Shown piece after piece: positions 45,787-55,367 of a stretch of 64,000 bases of DNA. A program made the position numbers and the translations under genes. The number at the start of each line of letters is the position of its first letter. The stretch's first letter is position 1. Source of the DNA: a virus. The notes beneath the pieces were generated by a model. That model was not told the DNA's origin, did not search any database, and worked only from the letters and a program-made list of their open reading frames with translations. Where the stretch lies: the IMG/VR virus record IMGVR_UViG_3300035704_000007, positions 2,946 through 66,945 of that record, one strand, 5' to 3'.

Positions 45787-46251
45787 TTAGCTGGGCGTGA
45801 ACGTCAAAATGGCCACCGGCTCGGTGACGGTGTTGGCCAGGGTGCCGGTCGCGCTGGTCTGAAAGGTAATGACATCCCCGAGCGCCACGACCAGGTTGGC
45901 CGGCGTAGCGGACAGCGCCAGCACGCGGCGCCCGTAGGCCGCGAGCGCCGCGCCCCCCGTCACCTGGGTTGTCTGGCCGGTCGCCGCCAGCATCACCGCG
46001 TTGCTGTTGCTTTTATTGGTCACGGTGAAGGTCAGGAAGTTGGTGTCACTGGCCGCCAGCGCGTCCTTCGCCGCGAGCGCCGCCCCGGCGAGCGTGCCGG
46101 CGCAGGGGGCGACGAAGAGGATCTCCTGGCTGCCCGTCGTGGCAATCGTCGCCATCAGGTGCGAGCGCGAGGTCGCCAGCGCGTTGCTGCTGAGGTTCGC
46201 GGCCGTGATCGGCGTCGTCACCTGAATTTGATCTAAGTTGGTGACCCCCAT
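45787..46251 (-). CDS. Hypothetical virion protein
   Basis: Beta-rich; in the head operon. Confidence 0.55.
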   Translation of the reverse strand: MGVTNLDQIQVTTPITAANLSSNALATSRSHLMATIATTGSQEILFVAPCAGTLAGAALAAKDALAASDTNFLTFTVTNKSNSNAVMLAATGQTTQVTGGAALAAYGRRVLALSATPANLVVALGDVITFQTSATGTLANTVTEPVAILTFTPS

Positions 46252-46556
46252 CAGTCCCACGCACCTTTGGCCGGGGCGGTGGCCACCGCCCCGAGCTGAG
46301 CCTCGCGCTTACTGATCTCCTCGGGCGTGGCCTCGCGCAGTTCGCCCATCCGCAGCTTGGCGTTCACCTCCGAGGTCAGCGCTGCTTTAGACGGCACCTT
46401 GCCGTTGAGGTAGAGATCGGTGTCAGGGTGGTCGGTGTCGCGCTCCCACCAGCCGCGGTCATCCGAGCGGGTCAAAACCACCCAGACCGTTTTGGGCTTC
46501 GAGGCCGGCGCTTCCTGGCCCTGCGCGTCGGTTTTCGTTGTCGTCGGATCGGGCAT
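46251..46556 (-). CDS. Hypothetical protein
   Basis: GGGAGG RBS. Confidence 0.6.
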   Translation of the reverse strand: MPDPTTTKTDAQGQEAPASKPKTVWVVLTRSDDRGWWERDTDHPDTDLYLNGKVPSKAALTSEVNAKLRMGELREATPEEISKREAQLGAVATAPAKGAWD

Positions 46557-46630
46557 TGTTAGCCTCCCTCAAAAGGAACAACCGGTCGCTTGGTCGAATC
46601 TAATTACGTGTGTGCGAGAGGAGAAACAAG

Positions 46631-47620
46631 ATGGCATCTAGGGCGCGACGATCGCTCGAAGAGCGGTTTTGGGAGAAGGTTGAGATTGCCGGCCCGGATG
46701 ACTGTTGGGAATGGATGGCGTGCCGCGATTTCCGTGGCTATGGCCGGCTCGGCTTTGGCGGCCACAATGGTGGCGTCGGGTGGGCTTATCGGATCGCCTA
46801 CCAACTGACCAAAGGACCGATCCCCAAGGGCTATGATGTCCGTCACTTTGTTTGCCACCATCCCCCGTGCTGCAATCCGAAGCACCTGATCCTGGGAACC
46901 AGAGTCGATAACGTCAGTGACATGGTGGCGGCTGGTCGCTGGAAGAACGCGCCGGTCGCGCCGCCTGATCCGAACCGGGAGCGCTGGGAGCGTCCGCCCG
47001 ACCCCGAGTACGTCTGTCACACTTGCGGGTTGATCTTCTCCCGGTCCTTCGGCCGCACTCAAATCGGCAAGCACACCTATTGCTGCCGGGAGCACTACTT
47101 CGCCGCTAAGGAGTTTCGGCTGGCAGAGCGTTTCTGGGAGAAGGTCGACAAACGCGGGCCTGATGAATGCTGGCCGTGGTTGGCGGCGCTTGGGCCGAAT
47201 GGCTATGGTGTGATTGGGAAGCCCGGCGGCGGCGGTCTCCAGGCTCACCGGGTCGCCTGGGAGTTGGCTCACGGATCTATTCCCGCCGGGCTGATCGTGC
47301 GTCATTACGTCTGCGATAACCGCCCCTGCTGCAACGTCGCGCATATGAAGTTGGGCACCCGGCGACAGAACAGCGAGGACATGGTTCGAAAGGGACGCCA
47401 AGCTACCGGCGACCAAAGCCCGCGCAACCTTCACCCGGAAAGCTATGCCGTGGGCGAGGCGCATGCCAACTCCAAGCTGGTGCCGGAACAGGTGCGAGCG
47501 ATTCGGCAGGAGTATGCCCGAGGAGGCATCTCCTTCAGATCGCTCGCCCTGCGGTATGGCGTCTGCGCTGGCGTGATTGATCGGATCGTGCATCGCGAAA
47601 CCTGGAAGCATATCGAGTAG
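46631..47620 (+). CDS. Double-HNH homing endonuclease
   Basis: Two ERFWEKV..CW.W..GYG..RH..C..CCN..H..GT..N..DM domains. Confidence 0.9.
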   Translation: MASRARRSLEERFWEKVEIAGPDDCWEWMACRDFRGYGRLGFGGHNGGVGWAYRIAYQLTKGPIPKGYDVRHFVCHHPPCCNPKHLILGTRVDNVSDMVAAGRWKNAPVAPPDPNRERWERPPDPEYVCHTCGLIFSRSFGRTQIGKHTYCCREHYFAAKEFRLAERFWEKVDKRGPDECWPWLAALGPNGYGVIGKPGGGGLQAHRVAWELAHGSIPAGLIVRHYVCDNRPCCNVAHMKLGTRRQNSEDMVRKGRQATGDQSPRNLHPESYAVGEAHANSKLVPEQVRAIRQEYARGGISFRSLALRYGVCAGVIDRIVHRETWKHIE

Positions 47621-47630
47621 AAAGCAAACT

Positions 47631-48899
47631 TCAGGCAGAAAGATTGAGGACACGGCAAGCAAGCTGATCGAAGACGATAAAACCATCCTCGTACGACATA
47701 AAAATTGTCGAAGCCTGGCGTTCCATGAAGCGTTCCATTTCCTGGATCTCGGAGCCGATCTCGGTGACGTGCTCAATGGCGAAGCGCGAGTCGAAGCCGA
47801 CGATGCGGGAGGCGGGCGCGTCGCTCGTGAGCCCGACAGTGACGCCTTCTCCGAGTTGCGGCTGTTGCAGGTTGAGTTGACCGAGGCCCGAGGCGGCGTT
47901 GATAGCGACCATGGGAATGTTCGCGGAACCCAGGTTCAGCAGTTCGAGCTGGACCACTGGCCCCGATTGAGCAAGGACATGGTCGAGGCGGTAAGGGTTA
48001 ACGAACAAGGCTTTGAACGACAACCAGGCTTTGGCCGTCAGGGTGCCCACCGTCGCCGCCGGATCGAGGGTGGTCAGGTTAGAGACCGTCGCGGCCGTGT
48101 TGGCGTTGCCGTCGCCGTTGACGAATACATCGATGGCGGCGGCAACCTTATCGATTTCCGTCTGCACCTGCATCCGCGCCAGGTGCAGGCCGATCAGATC
48201 GATCCGCGCCCGGCGCAGGATCTCGTAAGTCATGTCGAGACCTTTGCCGTATTTGTGCAGCCTCACCGTCCGGTCCGCGCCCAGGAGCTTCGCACGAGGG
48301 ATCTCAGCGCCTTGCGCCACGCGGTTGAACCGCTGGCTCGGCGCGTCGTTGACCAGGTAGAAGGCGCGGTAGGCGTCACCCTGGATCGGCGTCGTCATGG
48401 CGACCAGGTCCGCTAGCATGATCGCCGGGGCAATCTGCGGATAACGCGCCTGGGCGGCGTTCGCGAACGGCTCGATGACCGAGCCGACTGGCTGATCGGT
48501 CGAGGCGTAGAGGGCGCGGGTGTTCGGGTTGCGCCCGGAGGCGCGCTTGCAGACGCGCATCGCCCACTCGTAACCCAGCGCCCGCGTGTTCACGTCGCGG
48601 TCGAATGCCTCCCAGCTATCCGAACAATAACCGGTGTCCGCGTCCGACATGACGGAAATACCGGCGACCTGAAGCTGTCGCTGGAAGGCATCGAAGCCAT
48701 CCCGATACTGCGAGGAGGGGTCGTGCACCTCCAGGTAGGCCGACAGCCCCATCCCGCGCTCGCCCGCCTCGCGGATGAACTGGTGGCTGTTGAGCGTGCG
48801 GAACAGTTCCGCCGGTCCCGGTCGCTGGCCGTGCGTCACGGCGCGCGGATCGGGAGGAAGCCCTGGGTTCGGGGGTGCAACGGGTGCGGCGGCTGCCAT
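47631..48899 (-). CDS. Major capsid protein
   Basis: RVAQGAEIPR..LHKYGK..TYE.LRR; position after protease and decoration genes. Confidence 0.8.
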   Translation of the reverse strand: MAAAAPVAPPNPGLPPDPRAVTHGQRPGPAELFRTLNSHQFIREAGERGMGLSAYLEVHDPSSQYRDGFDAFQRQLQVAGISVMSDADTGYCSDSWEAFDRDVNTRALGYEWAMRVCKRASGRNPNTRALYASTDQPVGSVIEPFANAAQARYPQIAPAIMLADLVAMTTPIQGDAYRAFYLVNDAPSQRFNRVAQGAEIPRAKLLGADRTVRLHKYGKGLDMTYEILRRARIDLIGLHLARMQVQTEIDKVAAAIDVFVNGDGNANTAATVSNLTTLDPAATVGTLTAKAWLSFKALFVNPYRLDHVLAQSGPVVQLELLNLGSANIPMVAINAASGLGQLNLQQPQLGEGVTVGLTSDAPASRIVGFDSRFAIEHVTEIGSEIQEMERFMERQASTIFMSYEDGFIVFDQLACRVLNLSA

Positions 48900-48954
48900 A
48901 TTAAAACCTCACTTGGATCGAAGGAAAACGTCTCTTGTTTGGTGAACTTACAGT

Positions 48955-49248
48955 CAGCGGTCTGCAACCAACGGCGCCTTCGGGATGCCTCTGCACCGGA
49001 CCGCTGTTTCTTGTCCGGTGAGGCATGGTGTTCCGCAAGGGACCGTGCGGGTTGAGGGACCTACCGTACCCCTCGCCGGGCAGGCTGATAAGACAAGCCC
49101 AGAGGCTTGCGCCCCTTGGTCGGGGGCAATCACCCAGCCCAACGCGCTGCGGCGGTCCGCAAGTAATGCGTCGGGAGTGGTTCTCATGGAACGGAACCTG
49201 TCTTCTCCTGGGCGCAAGCCCCCAGGCTAAAGCCTTCGGGTAGGTGAT
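48955..49248 (+). ncRNA. Structured RNA ending in an orphan TnpB omegaRNA/right-end-like scaffold
   Basis: ATCACC(49129)..CAAGCCCCCAGGCTAAAGCCTTCGGGTAGGTGAT; multiple hairpins with GCAA/UUCG loops. Confidence 0.6.
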
Positions 49249-49257
49249 ATTCGTCTC

Positions 49258-49692
49258 CTATTTGCGGACCACGACGGCTGTCGGGTCGGATGCGTCCCAA
49301 ATCTGACCGCTGCCCTTGACCAGCTCAGCGGCGGTGCCGGAGGCCGTGGTGCGGATGAACCCTTTGGCGGAGGCCGCTCCCAGCGCCCCGACGATGGTCG
49401 TGCCGTCAGTCAGCGTCGCCGACGCGCCGCCCGGCAGGCTCATACACCCGCCGACCTGAACTGTGGCTTTGTTGTCCTGCTCCACCAGCACCAGCTTGCC
49501 GACGATGGCCTCGCCGTCCGAGGCAAGCTGAATGGTTTTGTCCGTCGACAGCGAGACCGCTTTATTGAGGGTTGCCGCTGCCGTGCCGCCGGCCAACGTC
49601 GAGTCAAAAACAATCGTGACGTTATCGATGATGAAGGTAGTAAATACCTCATCGATGCCTTCAAACCCGATGACGTTACGGGGGTCAGCCAT
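49258..49692 (-). CDS. Head decoration/cement protein
   Basis: Small beta-rich protein between protease and capsid genes. Confidence 0.65.
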   Translation of the reverse strand: MADPRNVIGFEGIDEVFTTFIIDNVTIVFDSTLAGGTAAATLNKAVSLSTDKTIQLASDGEAIVGKLVLVEQDNKATVQVGGCMSLPGGASATLTDGTTIVGALGAASAKGFIRTTASGTAAELVKGSGQIWDASDPTAVVVRK

Positions 49693-49706
49693 AATTGCTT
49701 ACTCCT

Positions 49707-51416
49707 CTATCCAGCGTAGGCGCCTTTGGGCGTCCAGTCATTCTTGCCCACGACCGGCGCCGCATTCGGGTCCGGCTCGCCTTTATCCGCCGAGACGCGC
49801 CCGCCGGCCAGGGCCGCCTGCGCCTGCTGCTCGTAAGCCGCTTTCAGCGTTTTGAGCTGATCGAGCGTGGCATTGGCGAGTAAGGCCCGCTGCGTCTCCA
49901 GCGGAAAGCCGTTTCCCTGCGCCCGCACGCCCTCGGCCAGGGTCGCCTCCAGCAGATCGACGTGATACTGCCGGCCCATATCAGCCAGCGGCGTCAGGCG
50001 CTTCACCTCGTCGGCCAGGGGCAGCAGCTGGTCGCGCTCGGCCCGCAGCGTCGTCACCTCGCGGATCTGGGGCGCCATCTCCAGCACGTGAGCGACCGGA
50101 TCGATGGAGGGGTCCTGCATCTCCAGCAGCCGGCGCAGATCGCGGCGCACGTCGTCCAGGGTCATTTCTGGCATAGTGGTTTCCTTGTCGGGTATGAAGC
50201 CGTCAGCATAACGGGCGCGCTCGCACTCTTCAAGAGTGTCCAGGGCGAGTTGACGGGCGTTCTCCAGCGATAGGCTGCTGACGCTGTTGCTACCTTTGAG
50301 GTCCGCGCCGCTCCAGGCGCGATGGGAAGCAGGTAAAGCGATCCGATATTGAGCTTCGAGCAGCCGCGCCGTCTGCGGTTCTAGCAGCCCCGCTTCGCTA
50401 GCGCGCTGAGCTTTCAGGACGCCAGCGCCCGGCGTCGCGCCATCATAGACCGCGCTCAGTTCGCCCATGTGCGCGCCGTCGATGCCAGCGGTCGCCATCA
50501 CCGGCTCTTTGCGGCCTTCCACGGGATAGCGAATGCCGGGGAAGTGATTGCACTCGTTCAGGTCCCGGTTGCAGATGTCGCAGATATACCGGCCGTCCGT
50601 GCCCAGGTAAAACCCAACCGAGTTGTCATTAATTAAGCCGGATCGGATGCCCCGGATCAGATCATCCGTCGGCACGCCATTCAGGTTGAGACCCGGCAAG
50701 GTATAGAAGTCGCCTTCAGCGCGCGCGACCCCGTTGCCGCCGCCGCCCACGAACCGGCCGTCGAGGCTGTGCCCAAAGCCCAACTCGTCCGTCTTATGGC
50801 TGTTCTGGAAGTTGACGCCCGCCTGCATATCGGCCGCGAAGTTCCGCAGCGTCGAAGGCAGCATGTGCGTCATGTAGGCGTCCATGCGCGAGGAGGAGGC
50901 TTCAGAAGACCAGAAGAAGGGCGGCGTCTCGTCGAAGATTGAGGGATCGGCGGCGGCGGCGCGGACCTTGGTCAGCAGCGCTGCCGTGTCCCGAGCCCGG
51001 ACGACACGCATAGGGAAAGCGAAGGGTGCCGTGCGTCCCTTGTCGTCGGCATCCGGTTCACTACCCGGATCGGGATTGATCTTGTCGAAATAGGTATCGA
51101 GGACGGCGCGCGCTTGAGCCCGCACATCGTCGGGGAGTCCATCTTTTTGTGGGAGGCGACTCGCGGCTGCCCGCAGGCCGGAAGCCAGTGCAGTCAGCTT
51201 GCCCTCTTTCACCGCTGCGAACGGCAGGGAATACGAGCCCTTGAGATCCGCCGCGCTGCTGTCGTAGCAGAGAAACGCGCGTTTGGCCTGATCGGGCTTC
51301 GGGTTGTCCGGCCAGCCGTAGGCGCTGAACACACTGTCCTGGGCGGCGGCACCATCCCATGCTGACTCTTTGTCGAGCGGCAAAGAGTCGGACGCGGCAC
51401 AAGTCCAATCAGCCAT
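49707..51416 (-). CDS. Prohead protease/scaffold
   Basis: NSH..G; SVGF; CDIC..CNHFPG; ELSAVYDGATPGA; coiled-coil C-terminus. Confidence 0.8.
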   Translation of the reverse strand: MADWTCAASDSLPLDKESAWDGAAAQDSVFSAYGWPDNPKPDQAKRAFLCYDSSAADLKGSYSLPFAAVKEGKLTALASGLRAAASRLPQKDGLPDDVRAQARAVLDTYFDKINPDPGSEPDADDKGRTAPFAFPMRVVRARDTAALLTKVRAAAADPSIFDETPPFFWSSEASSSRMDAYMTHMLPSTLRNFAADMQAGVNFQNSHKTDELGFGHSLDGRFVGGGGNGVARAEGDFYTLPGLNLNGVPTDDLIRGIRSGLINDNSVGFYLGTDGRYICDICNRDLNECNHFPGIRYPVEGRKEPVMATAGIDGAHMGELSAVYDGATPGAGVLKAQRASEAGLLEPQTARLLEAQYRIALPASHRAWSGADLKGSNSVSSLSLENARQLALDTLEECERARYADGFIPDKETTMPEMTLDDVRRDLRRLLEMQDPSIDPVAHVLEMAPQIREVTTLRAERDQLLPLADEVKRLTPLADMGRQYHVDLLEATLAEGVRAQGNGFPLETQRALLANATLDQLKTLKAAYEQQAQAALAGGRVSADKGEPDPNAAPVVGKNDWTPKGAYAG

Positions 51417-51446
51417 AAGGTTTCTAGCGAACCAACTAAAAAAGCA

Positions 51447-51506
51447 AAGAGCCCCGGCGGGCCAACCACGGATCAGATGATCCTGGCGGGCTCGTCGGGG
51501 CTCTTT
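51447..51506. promoter_or_regulatory. Long inverted repeat upstream of the head genes
   Basis: aaagagccccggcgggcc..ggctcgtcggggctcttt. Confidence 0.45.
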
Positions 51507-51807
51507 GCCAGTAAGGAAGGAACTATTCAGTTATGAAACACGCACAGCGAGAGGTATTCTCGCCCATCAGTTTAGCGCAAGTTTGCAAAAGTCGCAACTG
51601 CGCCATCTACTGGTTCCTGCCCCAGGCACAGGCGCAGCCGCTCCATGTGCGCCCAGGAGACGGTATGCTCGCTGCGGCACATTGAGCACCAAACGTGCAG
51701 ACCGTAGACCGTAAAGCGAGCGAGTAAGCGATGGTCATAGCGGCCATCCACACAGCAGCAAACCCGAGCTTCGCTGTCCGGCGCGACCAGGGAAACGCGG
51801 GCCTCGG

Positions 51808-52041
51808 TCAAGGAGCGGGCTCTTCCCTGCGCCGTCCCGTTCCCGCGCAATCCGGGCAGAGGATCGGCTTGACGATGCCCAGGCGCACGGCGACAGCGGA
51901 GGCTTCCGGCAGCGCTTCCCAGACACGCCACGGCTCACCGGCCTCGCTATTGGCGATCCGGCCGCAGCCGTCGCAGCGCGGGCAGGGTTCGCGAATGACG
52001 GCATCGCCGAAACCCGTTTCGGCGTTGATGCTGTGTTTCAT
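51808..52041 (-). CDS. Small DnaJ-type Zn-finger protein
   Basis: CPRCDGCG..CPDCAGTG. Confidence 0.55.
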   Translation of the reverse strand: MKHSINAETGFGDAVIREPCPRCDGCGRIANSEAGEPWRVWEALPEASAVAVRLGIVKPILCPDCAGTGRRREEPAP

Positions 52042-52259
52042 CCCTCGAGTACCTCCTCGACTTTGGCCTCCGGCAGTGACAGCAGCCGGCTGCAGACCGG
52101 GCAGCGCTTCAGGAGCGCGGCCGGCGGAGCAGGCGGGCCGCTCTGCACGCCCACCAGCGAGGCGCGGCCGTGGATGTCGCTGACGATCCAGCCGTTGCCG
52201 GTCCAGGACCAACGGCAGCCACACCCGCAAGCGCCCGAGGGCAAGAGATGTTCAGGCAT
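52038..52259 (-). CDS. Small Cys-rich protein
   Basis: CGCGC..CPVC; GAGGAG RBS. Confidence 0.5.
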   Translation of the reverse strand: MPEHLLPSGACGCGCRWSWTGNGWIVSDIHGRASLVGVQSGPPAPPAALLKRCPVCSRLLSLPEAKVEEVLEG

Positions 52260-52377
52260 TGCTATTTCTCCTCACCCATCAGCGGCGATCCATCGCGCGG
52301 AACCCACGCCAATTCATTGGCAGTGGAGGAGCGCGATACCTGCTTGTCTGAAGGATTGGTGCTATAATAATGGTGGT

Positions 52378-53514
52378 ATGACGAAAACACTGGTGGTCTC
52401 CTTGCGGCCTACTGAGCAGCAGTTACCGGATTTATTCCTGGCAATGGAAGCGTTCAACGCTGCCTGTAATTGCGTCTCAGCGATTGCCTGGGAGACGCAG
52501 GAGTTCAATAACTATCGGCTCCGTCGGCTCGCCTATCGAACGATCCGCGAGCAGTTTGGACTGCCGGCACAACTGGCGCAGCAGGCCATCGCTAAAGTCG
52601 CCAATGCCTACAAGGTCGCGAAGCATCGGCGCGCCGAGTTCGAGCCGCATGGCGCTGTCACCTATGACTGCCGCGTGTTCCGGCTGTTGGGTGTTTCTGC
52701 CGTCTCCATGACGCTGCTCTCCGGTCGCGCTAAAATCGCTCTCTCGCTGGGCGGCTATCAGGCAGAGCGTCTGCGAGGGGCGAAGGTGGGTGAGGTCGAT
52801 CTGTGCTATCTTCCCGAGAAGCATCGTTTCCGGCTGCACCTCTCGCTCAAAACCGAGACGCCGCCGGTCGCCGAGACGGAAGAGTTTCTCGGCATCGACA
52901 TGGGCATCAAGAACATCGCCGCCGACAGCGACGGCACCCTCTACGCGGGCGGCAAGCTGCGCCGGCTGCGAAAGGTGGCCCGGCGGGTGCGCCGCCGTCT
53001 GCAAAAGCTCGGCACTCGCGGCGCTCGTCGCCTGCTTGTTAAACGACGCCGCAAGGAACAGCGGCGGGTTGCCCATATCAATCACTGCATCTCCAAACAG
53101 ATCGTTCAGGCTGCCAAAGGCACCGGGCGTGGGGTCGCGGTCGAAGACCTGACCCACATCCACGACCGGATAACGGTTCGCCGGGCAGACCGGGCTGAGC
53201 ATTCGGGCTGGGCTTTCCACCAACTGCGCTCCTTTATCGAATACAAGTGTGTCAACGCCGGCATTGCCTGCATCGCCGTCGATCCCCGGAACACCTCCCG
53301 CACCTGCCCCCGCTGTGGGTGCGTCGATAAGCGGAACCGCCCATCCCAGTCCGAATTCCGCTGTGTCAAATGTGGAGAGACCGGTCATGCGGATCTCTTC
53401 GCCGCGCGAGAAATTGCGCTCAGGGGCCGCTCGCTAAGCCGGCCAAACTGCTCGGAGGGGAATGCCGCTGAAACCGGCTCCGCTGTCCTTCAGGGCAAAG
53501 CCACACCCCTTTAG
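52378..53514 (+). CDS. tnpB: TnpB RNA-guided endonuclease (IS200/IS605 family, no tnpA)
   Basis: RuvC triad GIDMG / VEDL / HADLFAA; Zn ribbon CPRCG..CVKCG. Confidence 0.92.
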   Translation: MTKTLVVSLRPTEQQLPDLFLAMEAFNAACNCVSAIAWETQEFNNYRLRRLAYRTIREQFGLPAQLAQQAIAKVANAYKVAKHRRAEFEPHGAVTYDCRVFRLLGVSAVSMTLLSGRAKIALSLGGYQAERLRGAKVGEVDLCYLPEKHRFRLHLSLKTETPPVAETEEFLGIDMGIKNIAADSDGTLYAGGKLRRLRKVARRVRRRLQKLGTRGARRLLVKRRRKEQRRVAHINHCISKQIVQAAKGTGRGVAVEDLTHIHDRITVRRADRAEHSGWAFHQLRSFIEYKCVNAGIACIAVDPRNTSRTCPRCGCVDKRNRPSQSEFRCVKCGETGHADLFAAREIALRGRSLSRPNCSEGNAAETGSAVLQGKATPL

Positions 53515-53531
53515 GGGCTGTGGTCGCTTAC
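53421..53531 (+). ncRNA. TnpB omegaRNA scaffold/right end
   Basis: TAAGC..CAAAGCCACACCCCTTTAGGGGCTGTGGTCGCTTAC overlapping the tnpB 3' end. Confidence 0.7.
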
Positions 53532-53792
53532 AATCTTGATCGCCATCTCTTGTATATCAATGCCTATCCGCTGTCCGGCTTTCCTGGACAATTCCTCTGT
53601 GAGGAGTTGACGCGGCGTCTTCGGTTTCGCTTTAGCGATCTCCCACTGCTCGGTCAGCAACTCACCCCACGCCTTCAGCCCCTTGTCCCACCAGTCAGGC
53701 GGATCGATCCAGGGACAGTCGCAGGGGATCGTCGCGGTCTCGCCATACTGCTTGAGCCGGATCGAAGCGATAGACTCCGTGGCTTCAGGCAT
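53511..53792 (-). CDS. Hypothetical protein, 3' end probably interrupted by the TnpB element
   Basis: GAGGAG RBS; last codons run into the element's right end. Confidence 0.55.
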   Translation of the reverse strand: MPEATESIASIRLKQYGETATIPCDCPWIDPPDWWDKGLKAWGELLTEQWEIAKAKPKTPRQLLTEELSRKAGQRIGIDIQEMAIKIVSDHSP

Positions 53793-54068
53793 CGCTACTC
53801 CTCAATCTCGCCGCCGGCCGTCTGTTTGAAAATACGAATGCGGTCTACCAGCGCCATTGTCAGCCTCCGTGCTTCCGGCGCCGCTCCTGCTCCGCCGCCG
53901 TGAACTTTAGCCTTGGATCGCGCCGCCTGGCCTTGACGGTCGGCTGCTGCGTGTCCGAGCCGCAGGATGGGCAAAAAGCTGGGATCGTCATCGCTCCCGG
54001 CGGCGCGAGGTTCTTGCCACAAACGGGACAGGTGGGCGCTTCGGTAAAGCTCTTGTCATCGACCGGCA

Positions 54069-54377
54069 TCAACCCTTCCCCACTTTCGCCGCCGCGCGGA
54101 GGAAGAGGCGCAGCGCGTCGCGCTTGCGGCGGCCCGGCGCATCATTGTAGAGCCCGAGCGTCACGTACGGCGCCGGTAGGCCACTCTCCACGAGGCGGCG
54201 CAGCGCGATCCACGTCGCGTCGTCCTGCAACCGGGATCGCTCCAAGAACGCCCGTTTCAGAGCGGTGATGGCGCACTCCGCATGTCCTTTCGCCGGCAAC
54301 AGGCCGTGGAACCAGGGCGCTCCATCCAGCAGTGCGTAGGCCAGCGCCAGCACATCGAGCGTTTGCGCTTCGTTCAT
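54069..54377 (-). CDS. Hypothetical protein
   Basis: GGAGGAG RBS; CAITAL..YNDAPGR..D motif. Confidence 0.6.
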   Translation of the reverse strand: MNEAQTLDVLALAYALLDGAPWFHGLLPAKGHAECAITALKRAFLERSRLQDDATWIALRRLVESGLPAPYVTLGLYNDAPGRRKRDALRLFLRAAAKVGKG

Positions 54378-54608
54378 GGTCGTTTCTCCTCCAGTGGCCA
54401 GCCCACTGTCTTCCTCGTCTCCTCCACGGACCGGACCTGCGCCGCCATCAGCCAGCGCAAGAGCGGCTCGCGGAACGCCGTGATGATGAAGCCGCCCTGG
54501 CCGTCCTCGTGCGCCAGGGAAAGGCCGTGCATCCGGCAAAGGCTGTCCAGATCCGAGAGAAAGCAGGCCGCTTGTTCTGGCGTCGGTTGGCTCAAGGAAG
54601 TTTTCCCC

Positions 54609-55358
54609 TTAATACGGATACCGGCTCGTCGCCGCCTCGGAGCCGTCCGGCAGCGAGGCGATCGCGTAGTCGCCGAAGACGGCCGGCGCTTCCCGCTGCA
54701 GCTCGCGCAGGAGGGCAATCGCCAGAGCGCGGATCTCGCGGTCGGCGTGCTCGCTGCCCCGCATGTGGATAAACCAGCGCCAGGCCCGGAAGTTGCCGGT
54801 CACGACAATCTTCGTCTCGGTGGCGTTCGGCATCACACTCCGCGCCGCCTGCCGGGCCAGCTTGCGCCGCAGAGTCCGGTCCTCTACGTCCGCGTACCGT
54901 GCCGTGAGCTTCTCCAAAAGCTTATCGTACGCCGCCTGACACGTCTGCACTGTCTCCAGGAACAGCGCGTGCAGCTCCGGGCCCGCCGCGATCGGCTCCG
55001 GCTCGATGAAGCTGGCGTCGGTCTCGGGGACATAGCGCTGGCTCTGCTGGGAAAAACTCAAATGCCTGTGCCTGACCAATTCGTGGGTTAGCGAGCGGGA
55101 GACGCCGGAGATGAAGAAGGTCGCGTTGGCGTGCTCGATCACGCTTAGGTGTCCGTGGTCGAGCATGTTGGCAATGTATTCGGCGTTGGTCCGCCCCGCC
55201 GGATTGGACCAGCTCTGATAGCACGTCCGGCCGGCGAACTCGATCAGGAGCTGGCTCTGAATCTCCGTGTCGCTGGTCCACTGCGCCGCGACAGCGGGCG
55301 GCGCGGCAAACCGGGTGAGCGCCACGAGGGCAACACGCGGGGCGGTGATGATCTCCAT
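54609..55358 (-). CDS. thyX: Flavin-dependent thymidylate synthase
   Basis: [10 protein letters not shown]; GHLSVIEH; [18 protein letters not shown]; QAARSVMPN. Confidence 0.95.
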   Translation of the reverse strand: MEIITAPRVALVALTRFAAPPAVAAQWTSDTEIQSQLLIEFAGRTCYQSWSNPAGRTNAEYIANMLDHGHLSVIEHANATFFISGVSRSLTHELVRHRHLSFSQQSQRYVPETDASFIEPEPIAAGPELHALFLETVQTCQAAYDKLLEKLTARYADVEDRTLRRKLARQAARSVMPNATETKIVVTGNFRAWRWFIHMRGSEHADREIRALAIALLRELQREAPAVFGDYAIASLPDGSEAATSRYPY

Positions 55359-55367
55359 CGTTTCTCC

